Assembly (NCBI GenBank): GCA_038883655.1
Contig: JAVZLQ010000002.1
Location: 1 to 64,000, forward strand
Origin: Candidatus Bathyarchaeia archaeon
GTDB lineage: Archaea; Thermoproteota; Bathyarchaeia; Bathyarchaeales; Bathycorpusculaceae
Length of the DNA: 64,000 nucleotides
Direction of reading: 5' to 3'
In this document: positions 51,960 through 61,020 of the stretch, piece after piece
Position numbering within the stretch: the first letter of the stretch is position 1
How the letters are laid out: each line of letters opens with the position of its first letter
Notes under the pieces: generated by a model
Database searches by the model: none
What the model saw: the letters and a program-made list of their open reading frames with translations, nothing else
What the model was told of the DNA's origin: nothing
Made by a program: the position numbers and the translations under genes

Positions 51960-52781
51960 GTGTCCATTTTGAGCTCTGCGGAAAAAACAGAAAGGCTGAA
52001 CTTGATTTTCATTTACAGCGGCGAATTCGCGGAGAGGGTTATAAGAAACCTCATAAACGACCCGAGCTTCTGCAAGTCTTGCGGCATATACTGCGACTCA
52101 TGCAAATACAACGTTTACACTTTCGTCCAAAACATCCGCGCGGCAATACAACTTCTAGGCCCCATGGAGCTGCCAGCATTCATAGACAACCCAGAAAAGT
52201 ACATGCCCAGAAAAATTCCGAAAGCAGACTTATGTATAGCGTCTGGATTGCATAAGGACTTACTTTTAGAACTTCCCATACACTTGCATAGAAGTGGCGT
52301 TAAGAGCTTAATTGTGCCTATAGAAGATTTCAATGAGGTTCCATCTGGTTTAAGGAGGCAGGTTGAAGAAAGATGCGAGGAACTTCAAATAGAAAGTGCA
52401 TTTCCAAAGCCATTTTGCTCTTTAGAGGCTTCTGAAAAGGACAAGCCGCTAATCTCAAAGTTCATTAACGATTTTAACGTTGGAAAGCCAAAACTGGAAA
52501 TTTCAACTGGAAGGCGTGGAAAACATGAGGTTGTCAACTCCGTGGTTGTTAGGCGCAGTGCCCCATGTGGCTCAACATGGTATGTCGCGAGAAAGCTTTT
52601 GGGAACAAGAACTGAAAGAGATCTACTTTATGAAGCAATAGCAAAGGCGCACCACAGTTATCCATGCACCGCGACGATGAATGTTGACCCAGAGCTTAAA
52701 GAGCCCATACTCCATATTGGAGGCTACATAATAAGAGAAGCCGTGGAAAACGCTCTAAAAAGTCTGGAAATTTCAATATGA
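51960..52781 (+). CDS. DUF166-family protein with Cys-rich N-terminal insert
   Basis: FIDNPE, PKPFCSL, RSAPCGST, HHSYPC.A.M and LHIGG motifs, with extra CxxCxxxCxxC; start uncertain. Confidence 0.75.
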   Translation: MSILSSAEKTERLNLIFIYSGEFAERVIRNLINDPSFCKSCGIYCDSCKYNVYTFVQNIRAAIQLLGPMELPAFIDNPEKYMPRKIPKADLCIASGLHKDLLLELPIHLHRSGVKSLIVPIEDFNEVPSGLRRQVEERCEELQIESAFPKPFCSLEASEKDKPLISKFINDFNVGKPKLEISTGRRGKHEVVNSVVVRRSAPCGSTWYVARKLLGTRTERDLLYEAIAKAHHSYPCTATMNVDPELKEPILHIGGYIIREAVENALKSLEISI

Positions 52782-52822
52782 TTTACGATATTCTTAAATT
52801 CGCCTAGGTGGTTGACTTTCCC

Positions 52823-53221
52823 ATGCATGAGTGGGCTTTGGCGGAATCCGTTATCTCAACGGTTTCTCAAATTGCAAAAAAGGAAGGGTTAAGAGAGGTC
52901 AGCGAAGTTAAAATTGTTGTGGGTGAACTGCAACAGGTCGAGCTTGACATATTTGAATTTGCCCTGTCACAACTTAAAACGCCAGAACTTGAAAACACAA
53001 AGTTCAGCATTAAAGTGTCGAAGGCACAATTGCTATGCAGAGTTTGTGGACATAAATGGAATTTTGAAAAGGAAAACTTGAGCGTAGAAAACGCCGAAGC
53101 GATACATTTCCTTCCAGAAGTTGCCCACACTTACATCCGATGTCCAAAATGTGGAAGCCCAGACTTTGAGGTGATGCAGGGACGCGGAATATGGCTTGAA
53201 AGCATAAAAGGCGTGAAATAG
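52823..53221 (+). CDS. hypA: Hydrogenase nickel chaperone HypA (Thermococcales-type)
   Basis: MHE N-terminus; CRVC...AIHFLPE...CPKC with the long inter-Cys insertion. Confidence 0.93.
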   Translation: MHEWALAESVISTVSQIAKKEGLREVSEVKIVVGELQQVELDIFEFALSQLKTPELENTKFSIKVSKAQLLCRVCGHKWNFEKENLSVENAEAIHFLPEVAHTYIRCPKCGSPDFEVMQGRGIWLESIKGVK

Positions 53222-53222
53222 A

Positions 53223-53951
53223 ATGGTTGACCCAAGAGTAAGCGTCATAAGTGAGAGGCTTAAGCCAGTCCGTAACATAATTGCTGTTTCAAGCGGCAAA
53301 GGAGGCGTTGGAAAAAGCTTAACCGCATCAACGCTTGCTTTGGTTCTCGCAAGAAGAGGCTACAAAACTGGTCTCTTTGATTTGGACTTTACAAGCCCAT
53401 CCACACACGTTATTTTGGGTGTTGGAGGCGTAAAGCCAAGAGAGGAAAAGGGAATAATTCCACCACAAGTTCATGGCATAACGTACATGTCAATAATTTA
53501 TTATTCTGGCGAGCATGTAGCACCATTGAGAGGCGCGGACGTTTCAAATGCACTAATAGAGCTTCTCGCAATAACAAGATGGGGCGAACTTGACTTCTTA
53601 ATCATCGACATGCCGCCTGGGATAGGCGACGCAACTTTGGATATAATTCGCCTAATTAAGCAGATAAAATTTCTTATAGTAACAACGCCTTCCCAACTTG
53701 CCTTCGAAACCGTAAGAAAGTTAGTAAAACTTTTGAAGGATTTGAAAGTTCAAGTTGTAGGTGTGATTGAAAATATGAAGATGAGTGATTCGGTCTTCAT
53801 TAAGCAAGAAACCAGAAGTTTAAGTGTGCCATATTTGGGAGGAATAAATTTTGACGCAAAAATTGAGGACGCGGTAGGCAATGTAGATGAACTTCTGCTC
53901 TCCAACTTCGGCAAGAGAATTGATGAAATAGCCTCAAAAATCACAGTTTAG
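53223..53951 (+). CDS. Mrp/MinD-type ATPase, probable ATP-dependent HypB
   Basis: SGKGGVGKS, DMPPG and ENM motifs without the downstream CPxC; starts 1 nt after hypA. Confidence 0.78.
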   Translation: MVDPRVSVISERLKPVRNIIAVSSGKGGVGKSLTASTLALVLARRGYKTGLFDLDFTSPSTHVILGVGGVKPREEKGIIPPQVHGITYMSIIYYSGEHVAPLRGADVSNALIELLAITRWGELDFLIIDMPPGIGDATLDIIRLIKQIKFLIVTTPSQLAFETVRKLVKLLKDLKVQVVGVIENMKMSDSVFIKQETRSLSVPYLGGINFDAKIEDAVGNVDELLLSNFGKRIDEIASKITV

Positions 53952-55531
53952 CTTATGGATTTTGGAAACATCCCTTCAAGTTTTTCTTCATCAAGCGGTT
54001 TTGTTGCTATACTCACTAGAAAATAGAGCAATCCGGAACCTAGCATTAGCAGAAAAGCCCAGTAACCCCAATGATGCAAGCCAACAACGTTTCCATAAGC
54101 CTTCGGATGCAACGAAGTCATAAGCAAGCCATAAATTATTGCGACGCTAGCACCCCATTTTGTAGCTCTCTTCCAATGCATGGAAACTCCTACAACGAAA
54201 AAGAATATGCCAGCTTGCGCCACGGCTGAACCAGCCATGAACTCTGAAAGGATTGGCGGTGGCGAAGTGAAAGTCCACCATAAAGGTATGGTGATAAATG
54301 GAATAAGCATGATTTTTGTCAGCCAAAAGAGTCTCGAAGACGAAATTGTTGGGCGAATGTTGTGAATGAGGTCTCTTGTTATGTTTGTCGCCATAATCAT
54401 GGTCATCCCAGCTAACGTGGCGACGGAAGCGGCAAATACAGCAGCGGCGAACAATGATGCAAGTAGTATACCTCCAGCGCTTATGCTAACGAGAGTTGCC
54501 GCAGAGTCTCCAAACACTTTACCTCCAAAATCGTATTGCGCGCCCATTAGTGCGTCTCCCCAAACAGCCCTCGCTGCAAATCCAACAGCTCCTATCCAAA
54601 GCGGAGTTAAACCGCCAACAATAAGTATCAGCATCACCTTCCAAAATTCCCTCTTTGAAAGTTTTCTTGCACCCAAAAACCGTGCAATGTTATGGGGAAA
54701 GCCTGTTGCCATAAAAAGAAACATAAAGACCGCGGCGCTAGCTCCTATCCAGTCTGCACCAGCAAAAGCTAAGCCTCCTGGTGGAGGCAAGGGCAAAGTG
54801 TAACCATCAAGCGGTATCGTCGTGTTTGCACCTCCAGGACTTGTGTATGTTTGTGTTCTAATGGCTTCAGCGATTTTTGCTGGTCCTCCAGCCCATGCTA
54901 GTGCTATTATGCCTAAAGTCCATCCGACTGCCGTTAGGAGTATTCCTTGGAAACATGAAACCCATTGTGTGCCAGCATATCCGCCTATGGCCATGTATAG
55001 GAGCACCATAATCGCCGTTATTATTAGGCTCCATTTGAAATCCATGTTTGTAGTTATTGTCCAAACAGTTGCCATCGCCTTGTACTGCCCAACAGAATAA
55101 ACTATGAGCAGGACAATCATTGCCGTGCCAGCCAGCGCTTGAACAGCCTTACTGTCAAATCTAACCCTAAGCATTTCTGGTACTGTTCGGGCTCCAAGCG
55201 CCACGTACCTACGCATCCTATAGCCTAAAACTAGGCATAGCGCCATTCCCATTATGCATATTGTGCCAATAAGCCAGCTTCCAGACCAACCGAAAGCATA
55301 GCCCAAGCCAGCGTTTCCAAAAATCGCCCAGCCACTTAAATATGACGCTACTAGGGCAAAACCAGTCACAATTGGCCCAATATCACCGTGTCCGACAAGC
55401 CACTCTTCAAAGCTTTTCGCTTTCTTTCTCATCAAAAAGCCTAGCGTAATGCTTATGAGAAGGAAGGCCGCAATTGCAGCAATTACGCCTGTAGCGATTT
55501 CTTGTGTTGTTTCTGGTACTGGCGTACTCAT
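53948..55531 (-). CDS. Sodium:solute symporter (SSS family)
   Basis: ASYLSGW, TVPEML..RF and IGG motifs; ~13 TM segments. Confidence 0.88.
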   Translation of the reverse strand: MSTPVPETTQEIATGVIAAIAAFLLISITLGFLMRKKAKSFEEWLVGHGDIGPIVTGFALVASYLSGWAIFGNAGLGYAFGWSGSWLIGTICIMGMALCLVLGYRMRRYVALGARTVPEMLRVRFDSKAVQALAGTAMIVLLIVYSVGQYKAMATVWTITTNMDFKWSLIITAIMVLLYMAIGGYAGTQWVSCFQGILLTAVGWTLGIIALAWAGGPAKIAEAIRTQTYTSPGGANTTIPLDGYTLPLPPPGGLAFAGADWIGASAAVFMFLFMATGFPHNIARFLGARKLSKREFWKVMLILIVGGLTPLWIGAVGFAARAVWGDALMGAQYDFGGKVFGDSAATLVSISAGGILLASLFAAAVFAASVATLAGMTMIMATNITRDLIHNIRPTISSSRLFWLTKIMLIPFITIPLWWTFTSPPPILSEFMAGSAVAQAGIFFFVVGVSMHWKRATKWGASVAIIYGLLMTSLHPKAYGNVVGLHHWGYWAFLLMLGSGLLYFLVSIATKPLDEEKLEGMFPKSIS

Positions 55532-55716
55532 TGGTCTTCCTCCCAGTAATAATGCGTTTTAATGTAGACCGCTATTAGTCCAAATACTATTGCAAGTAGA
55601 GCGTGACCCCAATAGGCATGCCATTCGCCAATTAAGTACGCAATTAATGGGACTAGAATTACGCATAAAAGCATAGCAGCTAAGAGAACATATACCTTCA
55701 AACCGCGCCTCTCCAT
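55528..55716 (-). CDS. Small 2-TM symporter accessory protein
   Basis: 62 aa hydrophobic ORF overlapping the symporter start by 4 nt. Confidence 0.7.
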   Translation of the reverse strand: MERRGLKVYVLLAAMLLCVILVPLIAYLIGEWHAYWGHALLAIVFGLIAVYIKTHYYWEEDQ

Positions 55717-55772
55717 AATTCTCCGTAGATTAAAGAATTTTATATTTAAAACTGCTGTAAAATTTCTGACGA

Positions 55773-56150
55773 TTACACTTTATTATTTTTCTTTTTCTGC
55801 TTCTTTCTAGCTGCAGCCTTTTCCATCATTGCGAGCTCTTCGATAGAACTTGCCTTACGCAGTTCTTGCATGTACCAGCTTCTATCCCTAGAATAACTCA
55901 AGCCCGCAGCTATCCCAAAAACTATGAGGGCCATTCCGCTAATAATGAATGTTAAACCTACAACTGCTCCGGCTAGAGGCTCCACGTGATATGGTATGAA
56001 AAGGAACCATTGTGGCTCTCCTGGTAAGCTTAGGGTTTCTAGAAATCCTCCGACGAAGAATATGGCGCCCGCTAGGAACATTAGGTAGGAGAGCGTTTCA
56101 TTGTGCCTTGACTCTTCTGCCTTTTCGTGAAGGTATTCTCTGAATGACAT
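55773..56150 (-). CDS. Uncharacterised 2-TM protein (paralog of 60053-60400)
   Basis: EYLHEKAEESRHNET and RSWYM motifs shared with the paralog. Confidence 0.8.
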   Translation of the reverse strand: MSFREYLHEKAEESRHNETLSYLMFLAGAIFFVGGFLETLSLPGEPQWFLFIPYHVEPLAGAVVGLTFIISGMALIVFGIAAGLSYSRDRSWYMQELRKASSIEELAMMEKAAARKKQKKKNNKV

Positions 56151-56254
56151 TAGGGTTTCAATATGTCAAGTTACAGTGCGCATAAGTAAATTTTATTATG
56201 TTGGAATACTCATTGCAAAAACTAATTCACAATAAGCACATTGGGGAGCAGCGC

Positions 56255-57040
56255 TTGCAAAAACTTGAGGCTGTAATCTTCGATTTCATAGGCACATTGA
56301 CCAACGTGAAGGACTATGATTTAGAGATTTCGAAGATGAAGCTTTGCAAGGCGATAATTGAATCTGGCTTTAATGTTGAAGAAAAATGTTTCATGGACGC
56401 CTACAGCGAATCCCACGAAAAATTTAGAGTTGTACGCTACCAAGAGCTCATTGAAGTGACAAATGCGGTTTGGATTGCAGACGCATTAAACAGCTTAGGA
56501 TTTAAAACAACACCAGAAGACGGACGCATAAAAACGGCAGTAAACATTTTCTTCGAAGATTATGTGCGCTCGCTTAAGCTTAGACCCTGCGTAAAAATGT
56601 TACTGGATAAACTTTCACTTGATTATAAGTTGGGACTTGTATCAAACTTTACATATGCTCCAGTAATTTACGCTGGTTTAAGGAAGTTGGGTGTTAACAA
56701 GTTCTTTAACGCTGTTTTGGTTTCGGAAGAGGTTGGATGGCGAAAACCACACGCGAAAATTTTTGAAGAAGCCCTAAAAAGGCTTGGAGTGAAAGCGCAG
56801 GAAGCCATTTACGTTGGAGATAGTCCGCAGGAAGACATTAGAGGCGCAAAAGAGGTGGGGCTGAAAACAATTTTTGTTCCCTCGCAGTTTTACTCGCTTC
56901 AAGACCTAAAAAATAGCCAAATAACACCAGAAATAATCGTGAAAAATATCTGCGAACTTTATAGAAAATTCCCAAAACTGCGGTTGCTAGAAGTTAAATC
57001 GGACAGAATCTCGATTAAATCTCGGTTTTCCAATATTTGA
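56255..57040 (+). CDS. HAD-superfamily hydrolase
   Basis: FDFIGTL, VSN, RKP and VGDS..EDI.GA motifs. Confidence 0.9.
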   Translation: MQKLEAVIFDFIGTLTNVKDYDLEISKMKLCKAIIESGFNVEEKCFMDAYSESHEKFRVVRYQELIEVTNAVWIADALNSLGFKTTPEDGRIKTAVNIFFEDYVRSLKLRPCVKMLLDKLSLDYKLGLVSNFTYAPVIYAGLRKLGVNKFFNAVLVSEEVGWRKPHAKIFEEALKRLGVKAQEAIYVGDSPQEDIRGAKEVGLKTIFVPSQFYSLQDLKNSQITPEIIVKNICELYRKFPKLRLLEVKSDRISIKSRFSNI

Positions 57041-57716
57041 TGTACTGTTGTAATGTTTTAGTCATCTTTGCAAGCAGAGGATATGGCAAGGAAACCATAA
57101 GTTCCCCACTTGATAGACCCACGCCGTAAGTGCCACCTGGGTCACCTATGCTGAAGGATGGTTTGTCTTGAAGTAAAGGCTTCACAATAAGCGTTTGACA
57201 CATGGCTGTTCCAGTTTCACCTTGAACAACTTCGCCGGTATTATAGGAATAGCTCCACAAAAGGAGCATTGCTTGCTCTGGTGTGCATCTAACCAAGATG
57301 AGGTCTGGCTGAAACGTTGCCTCTTCTAAGGGCGCTAAACAAATAAGACTGGCTAGTTTGCGATTCAAGTGTGGAAGGGCAGTCACGTATTTTTTAACGG
57401 CACCCGAAGAGTATGCATATACTTGTTCAACCCAAAAGCGACATACATCCTTTCTAACGGTTTCATTGCGAATACCTAAATGATATGTTCCAGTGAGACA
57501 GTTGTGGTTTTCAGGAGTTGCGAAAAAGCTTTTTCCTTTCTGTGCCTCAGCCCACATTCGACAAAACTCCATTTTTCCTGCGAGTTTTTGAAGGTCACTC
57601 ATGGGTTCTTTACCAAAACTAATAGCTACTGCGGGAAATTTCAACTCTAACACGCTTTTTAAGAACGTGCCCTGTATTTTCCAGTTAAATCTGTTTTCAG
57701 CCATAATTATCCGCAT
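57015..57716 (-). CDS. DUF169-family protein
   Basis: P.VAI, FC, HNC..G, LAPLE...FQPD and AMC motifs. Confidence 0.8.
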   Translation of the reverse strand: MRIIMAENRFNWKIQGTFLKSVLELKFPAVAISFGKEPMSDLQKLAGKMEFCRMWAEAQKGKSFFATPENHNCLTGTYHLGIRNETVRKDVCRFWVEQVYAYSSGAVKKYVTALPHLNRKLASLICLAPLEEATFQPDLILVRCTPEQAMLLLWSYSYNTGEVVQGETGTAMCQTLIVKPLLQDKPSFSIGDPGGTYGVGLSSGELMVSLPYPLLAKMTKTLQQYIKYWKTEI

Positions 57717-57761
57717 TTAGGTATAAGATTAAAATGTATACTTTAATTTAATTATGTGGTT

Positions 57762-57919
57762 TTTAGGGAAACAGCGTGGTTAAAGCGGCAGATAAGTGCA
57801 GTTCTTATGATGAAAAAGTTCTGTACTAGTGGAAGAGGTTAGAGCGACATAGAACCGAATTTGCCATCTACTCTACATTGGAAGAAAGAGTGAGCATGAA
57901 CCAGAAGCTATTGTCTAAA
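57762..57919 (+). ncRNA. Candidate structured non-coding RNA
   Basis: Several nested helices found by eye in an intergenic gap downstream of a TTTAATTTA box (see findings). Confidence 0.3.
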
Positions 57920-57922
57920 CTA

Positions 57923-58597
57923 TCAGATGACTGACAATATTTCTTGTAGACTTTTTATTTTCTTCACATTGCAAGTTTGTTTTTCATCCATATCTATAAG
58001 TAGCGCATTTAACCCAGCTTTTCTAGCGCCTTCATAATCTATTTTCGCGTCGTCACCGACAAACAAAACATTTTTTGGCTGTAGACCAAGTTTTTCACAA
58101 GCGTAAATAAAAATTTCTTTTGCTGGTTTTGCTTTCCCAGCAACATCAACGCAAACTTTAACATCGAAGAAGCTTTCAAGTCCTAACTTCTTCAAAACCT
58201 TTTCCACATCCGCCCGCAAGCTGTTTGTGATAACGCCAACCTTTAAGCCCTTCTCCCTCAATTTTTTCAGAACTGTTAAGGCTTCTGGATAAAGCGAAAA
58301 ATTGGCGTATTCCCACCATTCTCTGTCGATTTCCTCTGCCAAGAATAAAGCGTTTTCTTTAATTCCCAAACCTTCCAAAACTAAAAGGTTAAACTCAACC
58401 CAAAACCTTGCGCCAAAATCAGCCATTTTCTCTATGCCTAATTGCTTATTGGCTTTTTCCCAAGCCTTGGAAATTTCAGCAACAGAACATTCTATTCCAT
58501 GCACTTTGAGAATTTTGTAGAAAATTTCTGGAGCAGGTTCAACATGAACAAGCGTTCCGCCCAAATCAAACAAAACAGCCTTTATTTGATTTTTCAT
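57923..58597 (-). CDS. HAD-superfamily hydrolase
   Basis: FDLGGTL, ITN, KP and VGDD..D..GA motifs. Confidence 0.9.
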   Translation of the reverse strand: MKNQIKAVLFDLGGTLVHVEPAPEIFYKILKVHGIECSVAEISKAWEKANKQLGIEKMADFGARFWVEFNLLVLEGLGIKENALFLAEEIDREWWEYANFSLYPEALTVLKKLREKGLKVGVITNSLRADVEKVLKKLGLESFFDVKVCVDVAGKAKPAKEIFIYACEKLGLQPKNVLFVGDDAKIDYEGARKAGLNALLIDMDEKQTCNVKKIKSLQEILSVI

Positions 58598-59028
58598 CGA
58601 CTTTCCCTTCTAAAAACTTTGAACTTTAGCTGTTCGCCTTTTGCTTTGAATTTTGGGCAGATATATGAAAGCATAAAGGCGATAAAAATCAAAAAAGCTA
58701 TAAGAATTGTGATTATGCCGAGAATAGCGCTTTCAGTCAAGATGTAGCCGCCAACAATTATCCCAAGAGCCACAAACGCAGAAGCTACTACAGTAACCCT
58801 CTTTAACATGCCTTCACTAGTAACGTACAAAGTGAGGGCGCTTGACAAACAAGCAAACCCCAAAGCCGCTCCCAATGTTGCCAAAACAGCATCGCCAGAA
58901 CAAAAGCCGCCTAGAAGCATGGAAAAACCTAGCATAAGAAAAACTAAAGAGTTTAGCAAAGCCCTATTCAACAAGTCCACCAATAAAATTTTAGAACCAA
59001 AATATAAGTAATTTCTGCAAGAAATCAA
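58594..59028 (-). CDS. Small multi-TM hypothetical protein
   Basis: About four hydrophobic segments; overlaps the HAD start by 4 nt; start uncertain. Confidence 0.55.
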   Translation of the reverse strand: MISCRNYLYFGSKILLVDLLNRALLNSLVFLMLGFSMLLGGFCSGDAVLATLGAALGFACLSSALTLYVTSEGMLKRVTVVASAFVALGIIVGGYILTESAILGIITILIAFLIFIAFMLSYICPKFKAKGEQLKFKVFRRESR

Positions 59029-59099
59029 GAATTGAAAATGGCCGCTAAAACACGCCCATTTTCGATACTCCCTTCCTATCTTAGAAAATCGCCAGTAAT

Positions 59100-59202
59100 T
59101 GGTGCGGCCGCCGGGATTCGAACCCGGGATCGCAGGCTTGGAAGGCTTCCACGGCTGTTTTAGCTTAGCGTCTGTGTCCTAACCAGACTAGACGACGGCC
59201 GC
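59100..59202 (-). tRNA. tRNA-Gly(TCC) with 25-nt non-canonical intron at 29/30 (59171-59147); CCA encoded
   Basis: Acceptor GCGGCCG/CGGCCGC; removing the insert restores CAGGC-CTTCCAA-GCCTG; T-arm CCGGG-TTCGAAT-CCCGG. Confidence 0.93.
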
Positions 59203-59248
59203 TGTTTTGCATTATTTTATTTTCTAAGGGTTGTAGATAAAACTTCTT

Positions 59249-59917
59249 TTATTGTGGTTTTTCGTTTGGCTTGAAAAGTTTTTTCTCATGTGGCGATTTT
59301 GGTTTAAAGCTTCCCGGGTATTTGGGCATTGCGGCTTTTTGACGTTCAATGTTTCTTATCCTTGCATAGAGTTTTGCAATTTTTGTTTTTGATGGTTTTT
59401 TTGGCTTTGGGAGTTTGGCTGGGACTGGCGTGAAGGGTTTTATCTCTCTAGTTTTTTGGCGTTTTTCGGTTTTGCGGCTTGTCACCAACTCTTTAAATCT
59501 TCGGAAAATAACATAACCACTTTTCAAGTCAACTTCTTGCACCTTCCATCCGGCGTCAAGCCACGCTTTGGCATGTGCGCTGGTCGGCGAGTTGCTCCAC
59601 CAGCTTTCATTTTTGTAGGCGCTTATTGGCAAGTTATCGCCTATTATTCCGTCTATTTGGGCGAAGGAAAGCCTTACAGTATCTGTGAAGGCTGCCCTAA
59701 ACTTTAGGTGATTCTTTAAGCCGTCGTATTTGCCCATAATTTTTGGTGATACAATTTTTCTGGCGCAGTTTAGGCAAAACATCCTACGCGTGTCGCCTGT
59801 TGAAACTTCTGGAACCATGCAGTCTACGCAATATAAGCGTCCGCATCTTTGGCATGTTCTTAAATAGCGATATGGCAGAACTCTGCCGCAGATTCCACAT
59901 TCATCTTTGATTGGCAT
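59249..59917 (-). CDS. Zn-finger (4x CxxC) protein with putative DNA-binding domain and basic tail
   Basis: CGIC, CQRC, CVDC and CLNC, then KY..L...L...LSFAQID.IIG..LP.SA...WWSN...AWLDAGW domain. Confidence 0.75.
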   Translation of the reverse strand: MPIKDECGICGRVLPYRYLRTCQRCGRLYCVDCMVPEVSTGDTRRMFCLNCARKIVSPKIMGKYDGLKNHLKFRAAFTDTVRLSFAQIDGIIGDNLPISAYKNESWWSNSPTSAHAKAWLDAGWKVQEVDLKSGYVIFRRFKELVTSRKTEKRQKTREIKPFTPVPAKLPKPKKPSKTKIAKLYARIRNIERQKAAMPKYPGSFKPKSPHEKKLFKPNEKPQ

Positions 59918-60052
59918 TATGAGCCACAACTGCTTGTGTCTATTTATCTGAATTATTAACGAGATTTTTAATATAAGCAATAGGGTTTTGGGTATTCGGA
60001 GTCTGCAATAAAACTTATAGAAGTGCAGTTTTGCTGCTTAAATCGTGGTTTC

Positions 60053-60400
60053 ATGCTTTTTAGCGAGTACCTTCACGAGAAAGCTGAAGAGTCAAGACAC
60101 AATGAGACTATAGGATACTTGATAATCATAATAGGCTCCGTGTTCTTCGTCGGCGGTCTAATCGAAACCGTCGTGATGGTTGAAAATCCAGAGTGGTTCC
60201 TAATAATTCCTTACCACCTGACGGCGCATCCATACAGCCTTCTTGGATTGTCGCTGACTTTAACGGGTCTTGTTTTACTTTTTCTAGGAATTGCCATCAG
60301 CATTCATTACGCCAGAGAAAGAAGCTGGTACATGAAGGAACTGCATAAAACCCATGCGGCTGAAGAGCGGAAATTGCGGTCTGAAAGAAAATCTGGTTAA
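60053..60400 (+). CDS. Uncharacterised 2-TM protein (paralog of 55773-56150)
   Basis: Same EYLHEKAEESRHNET, WFLxIPYH and RSWYMxEL motifs. Confidence 0.8.
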   Translation: MLFSEYLHEKAEESRHNETIGYLIIIIGSVFFVGGLIETVVMVENPEWFLIIPYHLTAHPYSLLGLSLTLTGLVLLFLGIAISIHYARERSWYMKELHKTHAAEERKLRSERKSG

Positions 60401-60407
60401 AGGTCTG

Positions 60408-61001
60408 TTAAAAATCAAGTATTAGACATGGCACTACGCTCATGAATGTAGGGTTCATTATTTTGGGCTTTATCAGAAGCGGGTCTACGTAGGCAATCAT
60501 TGTCTTTCCTTCCTCACTTGGCTTAATTCTCCAAAACCTCTTCAAATCCTGCTCGGCAAGCTTCCTTCTACCATCCATGTCAGAGAGTTTTGCAAGCTCG
60601 ATGGACTTCAAATAAAAGTCTGTTATGGCGTAGTTGACAAGGCGAATGTTAAACTTCAAGTCTTTATCGCTTAACTTTTCCTTCGTTTTTAGGCTGACTA
60701 CCACGGCGTTTTTGAAGGCGTTTAGGCTTTCTTCCTTCAAAATTATTAGTGGGCATATGAACTTTGAGGCTTGAAGAAGCGAATCCAAGGTTTCGTCGTC
60801 CTCGATTTTTGGCAGAACAGCTAGCTTTTTCCATTTTTGGTTAAGTTTCATCCCTAAACTTTCTGAAACGCCGATCTCCCTATACCTAAATTTTCCCTTC
60901 AACCAGTCGATTTCGACTTTTGGGTCAATATCGCACGAAAAGTAGAGGATTCCCCTCAGGTTCTTTACGAGGTATAGGTTAAGGGGTTCAGTCTCTTGCA
61001 T
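60408..61001 (-). CDS. Hypothetical protein
   Basis: 197 aa ORF with no recognised motif. Confidence 0.65.
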   Translation of the reverse strand: MQETEPLNLYLVKNLRGILYFSCDIDPKVEIDWLKGKFRYREIGVSESLGMKLNQKWKKLAVLPKIEDDETLDSLLQASKFICPLIILKEESLNAFKNAVVVSLKTKEKLSDKDLKFNIRLVNYAITDFYLKSIELAKLSDMDGRRKLAEQDLKRFWRIKPSEEGKTMIAYVDPLLIKPKIMNPTFMSVVPCLILDF

Positions 61002-61020
61002 ATGAAAGCCTTTTCATATT

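Noticed and set aside
57776-57934. Short + frame interrupted by one TAG (possible pyrrolysine readthrough)
   Set aside because: The peptide is unrecognisable, no pyl genes are in the window, and TAG ends many full-length genes here.
55773-60400. Integrated element at tRNA-Gly bounded by the paralogous genes
   Set aside because: No duplicated tRNA 3' end or integrase was seen, and the paralogs are too diverged to be terminal repeats.
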